Positions 9,067-18,982 of a stretch of DNA of 64,000 bases are shown piece after piece (position 1 is the first letter of the stretch; each line of letters opens with the position of its first letter). The notes beneath the pieces are model-generated. The model saw nothing but the letters and a program-made list of their open reading frames with translations. It was not told where the DNA came from and searched no databases. Origin of the DNA: a virus (taxonomy: Duplodnaviria; Caudoviricetes); IMG/VR virus record IMGVR_UViG_3300043821_000026, positions 74,503 to 138,502 of that record. One strand, given 5' to 3'. A program made the position numbers and the translations under genes.

Positions 9067-9484
9067 TTACATCACCGACATATAGTTCTAATCTTCTATC
9101 TAAAACTTCATATATTAATCGTCTAATATAATCACATTCTGGTGATAGATATATTCCTCTACCATTCATAATATCAATATATGGCCAATCACGACATTCT
9201 CGCCATCTATCTTTCCATATATCACATACATATAATTTATAATTATCTTCATCATGTTGTAAATGTTCACATTCCATACTTGAACAGCAATTACCACATC
9301 TAATACAGTAATCTTTTGATTGTATATAATCATAGGTAAATTCAATCGGTGTAGTAACTATAGCTTCTTCAATTATATCTGCTAAAATATCAGTATCTAA
9401 ATCTGGAAATTTATTATGATAATAGTCTAATAATTCTTTTAATAATTTAAGATAGTTAGCAAATTTAGAAATTTTTTCTTCCAT
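9029..9484 (-). CDS. YkgJ/CxxCxxCC family Cys-cluster protein
   Basis: CIRCGNCC...CEHL...CDIWKDRWRECRDWP. Confidence 0.8.
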   Translation of the reverse strand: MEEKISKFANYLKLLKELLDYYHNKFPDLDTDILADIIEEAIVTTPIEFTYDYIQSKDYCIRCGNCCSSMECEHLQHDEDNYKLYVCDIWKDRWRECRDWPYIDIMNGRGIYLSPECDYIRRLIYEVLDRRLELYVGDVSDSWSDISKTKR

Positions 9485-10203
9485 TAGAAACCACCTTCAA
9501 TACTACATCTAGGTTTATATGGACAATATTTACATAAAAATTGTCTATTGGGTTGAAAATTATTTTCTTTAATTTTATTATTAATAAAATCTAATAATTT
9601 TAAACTTGCATTTATATCCTCTTGAGTTAATAAAGTACCTTTGTTAATTTCCCCTCTAACTTTTGCAAACCTAAAATTATTATCTCTTGTAAAAAATATA
9701 CCAACATATGAAACTGGTAACTCAAATTCGTCTTCTAATAAAACAACATAATATGAAAGTTCTAATAAATATTTTTTAACTCCACCTGTTTTACCAGTTT
9801 TATAATCTACTACCACTAGCTCCCCATCTTTAATTAATACTAAATCTGCTAAACCTGATAGGTTATATTTTAAATTATGAATATAATATTCTGCTGTATA
9901 TATTCTAAAACCTTCAGCAAAACAATCATATATAAAATCTGCAAAATGTGAAAGATGATTTTTAAATTCACTTGCTCTATCATATTGCATTAAAGCATTA
10001 TTTATATCATCGATTGACATATTTTCTATCTCTTTATTAGAATATTGTTTAACAAATAATTCAAATATTTTATGTATAGCAAGTCCTATATCTAATGCAG
10101 AGCCTTTTTCAGGACTTGGTTGTGGTAAGTTATCTATATTTTCATATTTAAATCGTCTAGGACATTGTAAATATGTATTAACCTTACTTTTTGATAATTT
10201 CAT
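9484..10203 (-). CDS. Cas4-like/RecB-family PD-(D/E)XK exonuclease
   Basis: LSKS...CPRRF, G..IH, GLADLV, VVDYKTG, C-terminal CKYCPYKPRC. Confidence 0.88.
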   Translation of the reverse strand: MKLSKSKVNTYLQCPRRFKYENIDNLPQPSPEKGSALDIGLAIHKIFELFVKQYSNKEIENMSIDDINNALMQYDRASEFKNHLSHFADFIYDCFAEGFRIYTAEYYIHNLKYNLSGLADLVLIKDGELVVVDYKTGKTGGVKKYLLELSYYVVLLEDEFELPVSYVGIFFTRDNNFRFAKVRGEINKGTLLTQEDINASLKLLDFINNKIKENNFQPNRQFLCKYCPYKPRCSIEGGF

Positions 10204-12646
10204 GTATATCACCATTTAATTTATCATTCTTCTTAACATTGGCGAACGGTTTTTTTGAGAACTTAAATTCAATATAATCAGACGCTACAATATCTTTTTC
10301 TATGTTATTATAAGCATTTGAACAACTCATAATAACAATATTTTTACCATCGTACCCATCAATTCTTAAACAGTCGTTTCCTTTTTTACTTTTAAAGTAT
10401 GTAATTTTTTTTACAACTGCATATTTTGCTTGATGTTCGTTTAAGCTTTTAATTATTGTTATATATGAATTACTAATATATTGGTACTCATTTATAAACA
10501 TTTCTTTATCCATTTCTAAATTAATAAAAAAATGTGCATAAAATTTACCCTTCCATGTATGGCATTTAACAATATATGGGTCACCAACTTTAAGGTTATC
10601 AATATATCGATTTAATACATTTTGATTTACACTAATAGATATATTATTACCTTTATCTTGAATATGGATAATACTGTATCCTTTTTTGTTATCTATATCT
10701 ATACATATTCCTTTAATATATACTTCATCAACATCAATGTTGGGATTGATATCATCAGTATTTGTTATATATCTATCATATTCGGTTTCATATTTATTAA
10801 TCAACTCTTCATGAGGGCTAAATTTTAATACTGCATATTCATATTTTAGCCTATCTTTATCAGACCAATCTTCATCAACTTTATCTTGATTAAATGTGTT
10901 ATATATTTCATTTCTGTTCCCAAATCTATCAAATGCACCTGCATATATTAGATTATTAACTACAGATTTATTAACTTTTCTTGGTCGTCTTTTTTGTAAA
11001 AATAAATCAAATGAAAAATAAGGCTGATGTAGTAAAATTTCTTCAATAGCTTTATCTCCAACTTTATCAATAGTTGATAGTCCCATATAAATATTTTTTC
11101 CCATAAATATAGTATCTCTTTGAGATATATTAATATCAGGATTATGTAAAACTAAATCCATATTTTTTATTTCAGATAATATTTTATTCTTTTTTTCATC
11201 ATCTTTTGTATGATTTAAACAAGCTACAGAAAATTCTGCTGGATAATATGTTTTTAAATACCCTGTATAATAACTTATTACTGCATAATTTTTAGCATGA
11301 GCTTTATTAAAACTATATGAACTAGATTTTTCAATCTTATCCCATATTAATTCTGCTGTTTCTTTAGATACGTTATTATTAAGACAACCATCAATAAACT
11401 TTGGTTTATATTCAGTAAAAATATAATCTAATTTCTTACCAATACCTTTTCTTATATTATCTGCATCAACATCAGTTAATCCTGCTAATACCATACATAT
11501 TTTCATTGCTTGTTCTTGATAAACAATTGCACCTTTTGTTTCTTTTAATATAGGCTCTAATCTTGGGTCATCATATTCAATTTCCTCTTCACCAAATTTT
11601 CGTGCAATATATCTATCTGCATCACCAGAATCCTGTGAACCGGGTCTTACTAAAGCTAAAGCCGCAATTAAATCATTAAAGCAATCTGGTTTCATCTTTT
11701 TAATATATGATGATGCTGATGGAGTTTCTAATTGAAATATATTTAATGGATTTTTTAGTATTGTATTATAAACTTTTTTATCTTCATATTCTGTTGGTAA
11801 TTTAAAGGTATCATTATTAATTAATTTAATTGTATCTTCAATAATAGATAATGTATTTAATCCTAATGTATCATTTTTTAAAAATTTTAAACTATCACAT
11901 CTATGACCATCATAGGATACACAATCTACACCATTAACTCTTACTGTTGATGAATAATTCTCTATTGAATCAGGGAATAATAATGTCCCACCTGCGTGAA
12001 TACCATATGCCTTTATTAATCCATTAATTTTTTTAAAATTTTGTTCAACTTTTGGATATTTATTAAAGAAATCCTGTACTTTTTTGATTTCGTATATATC
12101 ATCAACAGTCATATCATCAGTTATTAGAGATGTTATTTGATTTACTTCTTTAAATGGTACATTAAATACTCGTGATACATCTTTAATACTAGTTTTAATT
12201 GTGAATCTTATTAAATTTGGAATACTAAATGCACAATCTCTACCAAATTTATCTTTAATTAAATCTAATGCTTCTTGTCTTCTTGTTTTAGGAATATCTG
12301 TATCTATATCAGGCATTGAGTTTTTAATTCTAGTTTTATTTATAAAACGAGAAAACATTAATCCTTCTTTTAATGGGTCAGTAGAAACTATATTAAGACA
12401 ATAACATAATAAACTACCACCTGCTGAACCTCTACCGGGACCTAAAAACATTCCTTCAGATTTTAAAAGATTGCATATATAAGAAGTGTTTAAAAAAAAG
12501 TCAGATAGATTTGCATCAGTAATAATATCAAGTTCCATTCTTAATCTATCTTCGTATTCTTTACCTGATAAATGTCTTTTCTTAAAGCCTTTTAAAGCCA
12601 TTTTTCTTAAATAATCATCATTGTTTATATTAAATGTTTGTTGCAT
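10184..12646 (-). CDS. dnaE: Family C DNA polymerase (DnaE) catalytic subunit without PHP domain
   Basis: GPGRGSAGGSL, PDIDTD, HAGG, KNDTLGL, IFQLE, RPG, YQEQ, YSFNKAHA; the ATG overlaps the PHP gene stop (TAATG). Confidence 0.93.
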   Translation of the reverse strand: MQQTFNINNDDYLRKMALKGFKKRHLSGKEYEDRLRMELDIITDANLSDFFLNTSYICNLLKSEGMFLGPGRGSAGGSLLCYCLNIVSTDPLKEGLMFSRFINKTRIKNSMPDIDTDIPKTRRQEALDLIKDKFGRDCAFSIPNLIRFTIKTSIKDVSRVFNVPFKEVNQITSLITDDMTVDDIYEIKKVQDFFNKYPKVEQNFKKINGLIKAYGIHAGGTLLFPDSIENYSSTVRVNGVDCVSYDGHRCDSLKFLKNDTLGLNTLSIIEDTIKLINNDTFKLPTEYEDKKVYNTILKNPLNIFQLETPSASSYIKKMKPDCFNDLIAALALVRPGSQDSGDADRYIARKFGEEEIEYDDPRLEPILKETKGAIVYQEQAMKICMVLAGLTDVDADNIRKGIGKKLDYIFTEYKPKFIDGCLNNNVSKETAELIWDKIEKSSSYSFNKAHAKNYAVISYYTGYLKTYYPAEFSVACLNHTKDDEKKNKILSEIKNMDLVLHNPDINISQRDTIFMGKNIYMGLSTIDKVGDKAIEEILLHQPYFSFDLFLQKRRPRKVNKSVVNNLIYAGAFDRFGNRNEIYNTFNQDKVDEDWSDKDRLKYEYAVLKFSPHEELINKYETEYDRYITNTDDINPNIDVDEVYIKGICIDIDNKKGYSIIHIQDKGNNISISVNQNVLNRYIDNLKVGDPYIVKCHTWKGKFYAHFFINLEMDKEMFINEYQYISNSYITIIKSLNEHQAKYAVVKKITYFKSKKGNDCLRIDGYDGKNIVIMSCSNAYNNIEKDIVASDYIEFKFSKKPFANVKKNDKLNGDIHEIIKK

Positions 12647-13551
12647 TAGCACCACCAATCCTCATCAAATAAAGCATCTAATTCTTCGTATCGATTAAAT
12701 TCAGGTATACGAACTTGAGGTTCTTCTAATTGAGCATTACATTTATTTGTAATATCAATTGTATTTTTAAATGATTTCTTTAATATATCCTCATGTTCAA
12801 AGCCACTTTGTTCTGCCCATAATTTTATCCTATCAGGACTTCCTAAAGAATTAGATTCCATTGATTGATAAACATCTTCGATATTTTTATGATATCCAAT
12901 TGCTTCTATAATATTTCTAACATTAGCGTCTTCAGGATTTAAAAAATGTGAATCAGATGTTACTATTGTTGGAATACCTAATTCATCATTTAAAGTTACA
13001 ATACCTTCATTAATTTTTGCTTGAGCTTCAAATTTAGGGTGCATTTGTAATTCAAGATAATAATCTTCACCAAATTTTTCATAAAAATTTTCTGCAATTT
13101 TATATGCTTTTTGATAATCATCTTTCATTAATGCTTCTCCTATATCACCTAATGCACAAGCAGAAGTGATAACTAATCCATCAGGATTTTTCCATAATTC
13201 TTCATATGATAATATTGGTTTGTAATAAAAATTATCGTTAGCTATTTTATTTAATTTTCGAATATTATATAATCCTTGTTGATTTTTTGCTAATACTATT
13301 AAATGTCTTCTATCTTTTGTCTTCTCTCCAGTATATGTAGTTCTACAATAAAATTCACAACCAAATATAGGTTTTATATTTTTTTCTTTAAAAGCATCAT
13401 TAATATCATACCATGCACCAATAGACGCATGGTCTGTTATAGCACAAGCTTGTTGATTAAAATCACTTAATAATGAAGCTAAGTCATTTGGTTTAATTAT
13501 TGCGTCTAATATACTCCATGTTGAATGTAAATGTAAGTTTGTAAAATTCAT
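12646..13551 (-). CDS. Stand-alone DnaE PHP domain protein (probable proofreading nuclease)
   Basis: LHLHSTWSILD, ITDH, KPIFGCEFY, HLIVLAKN, SACALG, YLELQ, TSDSH. Confidence 0.93.
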   Translation of the reverse strand: MNFTNLHLHSTWSILDAIIKPNDLASLLSDFNQQACAITDHASIGAWYDINDAFKEKNIKPIFGCEFYCRTTYTGEKTKDRRHLIVLAKNQQGLYNIRKLNKIANDNFYYKPILSYEELWKNPDGLVITSACALGDIGEALMKDDYQKAYKIAENFYEKFGEDYYLELQMHPKFEAQAKINEGIVTLNDELGIPTIVTSDSHFLNPEDANVRNIIEAIGYHKNIEDVYQSMESNSLGSPDRIKLWAEQSGFEHEDILKKSFKNTIDITNKCNAQLEEPQVRIPEFNRYEELDALFDEDWWC

Positions 13552-13749
13552 TTATATACCTTTTAATTGTTTAACTGTAACACCAAATAGTACTGTCGGT
13601 TCAGGTATAATTATACTTATTATATTTTCGTATATATCTAAGCCAACTTCTATACCATAAGAATACCGACGCTCAACTATTGTAGTGTCTACGTTTTTTA
13701 TAAATCTTAATTCATCAAATTCTTCATTATATTCGATGTTCCAATTCAT
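13552..13749 (-). CDS. DUF2283-like small protein
   Basis: YNEEFDELRF...GIEVGLD...IISIIIP pattern. Confidence 0.5.
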   Translation of the reverse strand: MNWNIEYNEEFDELRFIKNVDTTIVERRYSYGIEVGLDIYENIISIIIPEPTVLFGVTVKQLKGI

Positions 13750-14639
13750 TCATCATCATTCTCACCATCATCTTCGTTGGGGATATTTGAAAAAAGTGAA
13801 TTAATTTTACCAGCGTCCCAAACATATTTATTAAGTTTGTTATTAACTGTAGCGAAAACCACTTTCTTTTTTATATTTAAAATATTTGAACGGTCTTTAT
13901 CCATCATTGCAATAAAGTTAATAACATGAGGATTTTTTTCATCTTGTTCTTTGGAATATATTAATCTATGAGAACAGGAACTATGTAGTCTTTGTTTAAC
14001 AGATGCAAATTTTTCATCATCAGGTTGTCTAATGAAATCATCATGTCCAATAAAGAAACAATCAATTGGTAATTGTAAAAATACTTCAGTACATTCACGG
14101 AAATTTTTAGCTCTAATTTTCCAGAATTGAGTATTTGCACCTGAATCAGGAGCTATATTTTTTTCTTCTCTCATTAAATTTTCACATGATTCAAGTAAAA
14201 AACTAATTCCATCAATGATAATAGCTCTAATTTTCATTCCTTCATCTGATAGTTCAGATATAGCTTGTGCGGCAGACCTAAGATTATCTACAAGACCTTG
14301 ATGGTCAATAACTGATACACCTTTTGCATTAACCATTGTTGCATATGGGTTGTAATGTTTTATCATATCTTTTTGATATGAATCAAAATTAAATTCTTTA
14401 ATAATTTCTAATGCACTATTATCAATATCAATAACAATGATTTTTTCATCTTCGCTCATATCTTGTAATAACATTGATATAACACTACCAGTTTTGCCTG
14501 TAGAATCTGCTCCTAAACATAATACATTTTTAGGAGTTTTAGGATTCATTACTACATTACTTTGTTCAAATATTTCTTTAATTTCATCTTTCAATGTTTT
14601 TCTTGGTTTTCTTGTTGCTTCTGCTTTCTCTTTAAACAT
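13746..14639 (-). CDS. P-loop ATPase (AAA_24/Sak4-like recombination protein)
   Basis: Walker A GADSTGKT, IVIDID, Walker B IIIDG, FFIGH. Confidence 0.75.
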   Translation of the reverse strand: MFKEKAEATRKPRKTLKDEIKEIFEQSNVVMNPKTPKNVLCLGADSTGKTGSVISMLLQDMSEDEKIIVIDIDNSALEIIKEFNFDSYQKDMIKHYNPYATMVNAKGVSVIDHQGLVDNLRSAAQAISELSDEGMKIRAIIIDGISFLLESCENLMREEKNIAPDSGANTQFWKIRAKNFRECTEVFLQLPIDCFFIGHDDFIRQPDDEKFASVKQRLHSSCSHRLIYSKEQDEKNPHVINFIAMMDKDRSNILNIKKKVVFATVNNKLNKYVWDAGKINSLFSNIPNEDDGENDDE

Positions 14640-14981
14640 TATCATTCACCTCATTACGAACTTTTTGTAATCGTTCGTATATAAAACCTCTTAATTGTGG
14701 AGTTTGTATATATTTTAAATCATCTTCAAGCATTTCTATTTCTTTTAAATTATTATTCTTGTTGCTCATTATTTTCACCTTCTTTTTTAGGTGGGTTTAA
14801 AAACATTAATCGTTCAAACATATCATTTTGATACTTCCACAATAAATTTTCTGCATATGCATATACCATAGGATGTTTGATATTTTGCATATCAATTCTT
14901 AAAATTTGTATTTTAGAGCGAAGACTTCTTGTCATATTACTCATTATGACAAGAGGGTCTTCAAATTCGCTATCTCCCATT

Positions 14982-15974
14982 CTAACCAACTGGATTAACA
15001 AATGGTAATATACCTAATAAATTACAGCCAACTTCTCCATCGGATTTAACATAAACTGATAAAATAGCAATTACATCAGCTTCTTCTGAAAATATTGGTA
15101 ATGTTTTACGAACTTCAGGACTAATCCAACAGTTAAAATCACTCATATCATTATCTGCTAATCTAATAAATGTTGATTTATTTGGGTCATTACTATTACC
15201 TTTTTCTAATACAGAGCCTTGCATAATAACACAATTATTTCTTGGTAAATCTCTTTGCTCTGCAAATTCAATTAATTCATCATAATTTTCAACAAACCAT
15301 TCTTTAGGTAATACACTAGATAATTCATCATATACTTCATTCATAGCAGTAAAAGTTAATGGCATTTCGTTATTATCTAATACTGTATAATTATTTAATA
15401 AAAACATATTGGATTTAAACATCTTATCTTCGTTACCATCTTTTTTACATAACTCAATAGGTTGGAATAATGGAACATTAGTATCTACATTAAAAGGAGC
15501 TAAAAATATACTATGAGGTTCTAATTCATCATTTTTATTCATGAATACACCATAATATTTACCTTTAGCAGTTTCTTCAGGTATAATACCATCATTAAAT
15601 GGGTCGCTTTCATCATAAAGATAATTACCTTCAGAATCTACATAACCTACATTTTGAGCTTCTTCTGTAGTATGGTTTTTAAGATATTCTGTAATTTCTT
15701 GTCTACGTCTAGCAGAAAAATCTTTATTTCTTTCACGTGCAAAAAGATATCCCTTAATACTGTCGCAATCTGATGTTTTTCTTTTTCTTAAAGAACCTAT
15801 AAATCTACGATATACTCTTCTTTCTTTTTCACTATCATCAATATTATCGTCTTTAATATCACTAAAAAGTGCTTGACATCTATTAACAAAGTCGTCTTCA
15901 TTTATATTATTATCTTCAGCAACTTTCATTGCTTGTGCTTTTAATTCATCGTTGCTAATAATTTTTATTGGCAT
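14982..15974 (-). CDS. Hypothetical replication protein, possibly an OB-fold ssDNA-binding protein
   Basis: 330 aa, acidic, first gene after a strong promoter in the replication operon; C-terminal beta pattern (FIRLAD...CW) is only suggestive. Confidence 0.4.
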   Translation of the reverse strand: MPIKIISNDELKAQAMKVAEDNNINEDDFVNRCQALFSDIKDDNIDDSEKERRVYRRFIGSLRKRKTSDCDSIKGYLFARERNKDFSARRRQEITEYLKNHTTEEAQNVGYVDSEGNYLYDESDPFNDGIIPEETAKGKYYGVFMNKNDELEPHSIFLAPFNVDTNVPLFQPIELCKKDGNEDKMFKSNMFLLNNYTVLDNNEMPLTFTAMNEVYDELSSVLPKEWFVENYDELIEFAEQRDLPRNNCVIMQGSVLEKGNSNDPNKSTFIRLADNDMSDFNCWISPEVRKTLPIFSEEADVIAILSVYVKSDGEVGCNLLGILPFVNPVG

Positions 15975-16047
15975 ATATTTCACCTCGATTTTTATACATG
16001 AAAAAATTTATATTAGAAATTTCTTCACATAATTAATATCTATCTGT

Positions 16048-16093
16048 TAGTATATAAAGGTATCGATTAAAATATTTTTTCTTTATATACTAC
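16048..16093. promoter_or_regulatory. Divergent BRE-TATA promoters
   Basis: TCGATACCTTTATATACTA on the minus strand (16048-16066) and CTTTATATACTAC on the plus strand (16081-16093). Confidence 0.7.
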
Positions 16094-16124
16094 ATAAAAT
16101 AACTATAGTTAATGGGGTGTTAAT

Positions 16125-16658
16125 ATAAAAAAAAGAGAATTAACTGAAGATGAAATTAACTTCATAAAAAGTAATTATTCATTTTATGGTAAAAACATCG
16201 CATCTAAAATAAAAAACTATAGTTTTAAGGATATTGAGAATGTGAAAAAGGAAATGAATGAAGAAGAAGAATATTTACTACCTAAAACAACATTTAATTC
16301 TGACTTAACAAATCCAAAACATGGTAGACAACGATTATTAGAAATATCTTTACAAGCATTAACTGAAGATGATAGACAACAAATATATCAAATTGCAAAA
16401 AATGTTCCAGAACCTAAAGATTTAATTGATAATGTTATCACTATACAACATTATAGATTAAATAAGGGATTAGAAAGAGAAGAGGAACTAGGAACATTAA
16501 CTGAAGAAACAGAAACTGCTATTCAAAATTTAGTTACAATGATAACTGCAAAAAAACAAATAGAAGATGGTTCTGATATTAATCTTAATGTACAAAATAC
16601 CTTTGATAATTTAATAGAAAAGGCTAAAAAAGAAGAGAATGAAATAAAATATGAATGA
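16125..16658 (+). CDS. Hypothetical helical protein (possible terminase small subunit); probable ATA start
   Basis: The frame is open 39 codons upstream of the tracked GTG, up to an ATA lying 5 nt after a GGGGTG RBS. Confidence 0.5.
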   Translation: MKKRELTEDEINFIKSNYSFYGKNIASKIKNYSFKDIENVKKEMNEEEEYLLPKTTFNSDLTNPKHGRQRLLEISLQALTEDDRQQIYQIAKNVPEPKDLIDNVITIQHYRLNKGLEREEELGTLTEETETAIQNLVTMITAKKQIEDGSDINLNVQNTFDNLIEKAKKEENEIKYE

Positions 16659-16667
16659 GGTAATAAA

Positions 16668-16925
16668 ATGGAAAAACAGAATTTTACAGAAAAAGAGATT
16701 GAAGAAATGAAAGATGAATTTGATAAATCTTTAAAAGAATTTCATGATAAAGCAGTTCCTGATATTATTAAAACATTAGGAACTTACCCACCAATTGTTG
16801 CATTATTTGGTATTGGCTCTATAGCTAATGCAATTATTAAACAACAATTTGAAAACGATGAAGACTTAAGAGAACAATTTATGATGTATATGTCTTCAAC
16901 AAATATTGATGAAGTTAATCAGTAA
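16668..16925 (+). CDS. Hypothetical protein
   Basis: GAGG RBS plus ATG, 85 aa. Confidence 0.7.
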   Translation: MEKQNFTEKEIEEMKDEFDKSLKEFHDKAVPDIIKTLGTYPPIVALFGIGSIANAIIKQQFENDEDLREQFMMYMSSTNIDEVNQ

Positions 16926-17170
16926 TCTTTAATACTTGATTAACTGTCTTAATTTTTTTTACCCAAAATTGAAAATCAGTATATATTTTTTTTCTTTTAA
17001 CAATAAAATGAGTATCCATATCTGTTATTAAATAACAAATATAGTCATCGTAAAAATAGATAATTTCTTTACTTTTTTTTAAATCAGATTCATTAATTTT
17101 TCTATTATAAATAATCATAACAACACCTTTTTTATATATGTAATTTACCTCGACTTTCCCCAATTATAAT

Positions 17171-17230
17171 GAAGCCACGAGCTTTCTTTTATATTGCAAA
17201 TACAATAGCGAGGTGTATTATCGTGGTTTC
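17171..17230. other. Intergenic branched hairpin
   Basis: GAAGCCACGA/TCGTGGTTTC outer stem enclosing AATACA/TGTATT. Confidence 0.4.
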
Positions 17231-17237
17231 AATTGAA

Positions 17238-17552
17238 TTACATTGAATTTATTTGTTCTGCTTTTTCTAATAATATTTTATTTAATGTTGTCTGAAAATT
17301 ATAATAATCAGATACAATTTTACTATCAAAATTTAAGAAAAATTGATTATCTGATATTTTTATTAAAATATCAAAATCTGTTAAAATTTCAGGCATAACA
17401 GTATAAAAATCTAAATCATTTTTATATAAATCTGAAATTTCTTTTCGAGATAATACATCATAACGATTATGATATTCACTATCAAGAAGAGTTAAAATAT
17501 CCTCTGGGTAGAGGGTATTTTTTTCTCTTGATTTTTTTAAAAAGGAAAATAT
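17238..17552 (-). CDS. Hypothetical protein missed by the ORF track; probable ATA start
   Basis: AAGGAG RBS, then open frame IFSFLKKSREKNTLYPEDIL...EQINSM* filling the gap between genes. Confidence 0.55.
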   Translation of the reverse strand: MFSFLKKSREKNTLYPEDILTLLDSEYHNRYDVLSRKEISDLYKNDLDFYTVMPEILTDFDILIKISDNQFFLNFDSKIVSDYYNFQTTLNKILLEKAEQINSM

Positions 17553-17566
17553 AAAAATACTCTCCT

Positions 17567-17806
17567 TTAAACCCCAATTTGGGTAGTTAATTCTTCAGTC
17601 TTTAATTGTTCAGCAACATCAATTCTTTTTTCTTCACTCAATTGTGTAGCAATATATCCAATAATTGCAACAATAGTTGGAGCAAAAACCTTTAATTCAG
17701 TAGGTAATAATGGTAATAGTTGGTCTACTGTCACATAGCTTAAAATAGTTGCTATGAAAGAAATGATATTGATTGTTCGACTTTTCCATTTATATGTTTC
17801 TGTCAT
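17567..17806 (-). CDS. Small two-TM membrane protein, holin-like
   Basis: Basic N-terminus (KWKSR), two hydrophobic helices, charged tail. Confidence 0.5.
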   Translation of the reverse strand: MTETYKWKSRTINIISFIATILSYVTVDQLLPLLPTELKVFAPTIVAIIGYIATQLSEEKRIDVAEQLKTEELTTQIGV

Positions 17807-17856
17807 GATTAATTACCTCTAAATTAAAACTATTTTTTTTGTAGTATATAACTATA

Positions 17857-18165
17857 TTAAATTTTTATTATTATCGGAAATGGTTGTATATTTCCTACTT
17901 GTACATAAAATATTACTTTATTACCATTATCTGTACAATCATATTGCGTATTAATAACACTAATATTACCTTGTACAGGAAAATTAAGTTGTTTTTGAAT
18001 ATGTGGACAAACTATTCTAATAATATTACCATCAGTTGTATATTCAATATTAGCACCATTACACATTTTAGCACATACTATATCGTCATCATTATGTTCT
18101 AAATTAATATGTAATTCATCTAAATAATCAACATATTCTACTTCTTTGATTGACAACTTTGACAA
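17857..18165 (-). CDS. DUF2283-like protein
   Basis: YVDYLDELHINL...GANIEYTTDGNIIRI. Confidence 0.45.
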   Translation of the reverse strand: MSKLSIKEVEYVDYLDELHINLEHNDDDIVCAKMCNGANIEYTTDGNIIRIVCPHIQKQLNFPVQGNISVINTQYDCTDNGNKVIFYVQVGNIQPFPIIIKI

Positions 18166-18719
18166 CCTCTTTGTTTAATCTTTGTTTCTATATTATATTT
18201 ATACTCTATATCTTCATTAAAACTACTTGCCTCTTCATACATAAGATTTAATACTCGATTTTTATCTTCATCACTAACTGATGGGTCAAATCCAATAATA
18301 TAAGTTATTTCATATGGTTCTTGATGGAAATATTTATGGGAAAATTCAGTTACAATATCACTATTAATAACCTGCACATTAAAAATTGCACTTGTAATTT
18401 CACTATATTTTGTAGCTAAATTAGCATAAAATTCAGTAGCTTCCTGTAAAGTACTAACTATAGATTCTATACTATTAACAACTGATTTATCATACCCATC
18501 ATAAAGATAATATTTAAATTTACCGTCCATTAAGTACATACATACAGATTGTACCCCTTGAGTAAATTCTATATCTTCAGGTTTTTTATTTCCGTCAAGC
18601 ATCATAAGTCTTACGCGAAAATTATTTTCATTTAATTCTTCAACTAATCTTTGAGTATATTGATAACATTTTTCACAACCAAATTTATGTAAAATATATA
18701 ATCTTATACTTCTATACAT
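18138..18719 (-). CDS. Thioredoxin/glutaredoxin-like CxxC protein
   Basis: LYILHKFGCEKC near the N-terminus. Confidence 0.45.
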   Translation of the reverse strand: MYRSIRLYILHKFGCEKCYQYTQRLVEELNENNFRVRLMMLDGNKKPEDIEFTQGVQSVCMYLMDGKFKYYLYDGYDKSVVNSIESIVSTLQEATEFYANLATKYSEITSAIFNVQVINSDIVTEFSHKYFHQEPYEITYIIGFDPSVSDEDKNRVLNLMYEEASSFNEDIEYKYNIETKIKQRGCQSCQSKK

Positions 18720-18982
18720 TCTTTAACCTCAAATTTATTAATAAAGTTTTTAGTACCTACAGTTTTGGGTAAGCATGATGAAAATCTATCTAATACGTAT
18801 TTATTTACATATACAGTACCCGGATTGATTAACCATATATATTCTTGATAAAAATCATTACAAAATTCATCAGTAATATTTGTAATATTAGTAAAATCAA
18901 AAGCTACAACAGAAACTTTATTAATACTATCAAAAATTTTACTAACATCTTTATTAATATATTTATCCATTATTAAAAGCAT
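18704..18982 (-). CDS. STAS-like (DUF4325-type) protein
   Basis: VVAFDFTNITNITDEF. Confidence 0.4.
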   Translation of the reverse strand: MLLIMDKYINKDVSKIFDSINKVSVVAFDFTNITNITDEFCNDFYQEYIWLINPGTVYVNKYVLDRFSSCLPKTVGTKNFINKFEVKECIEV

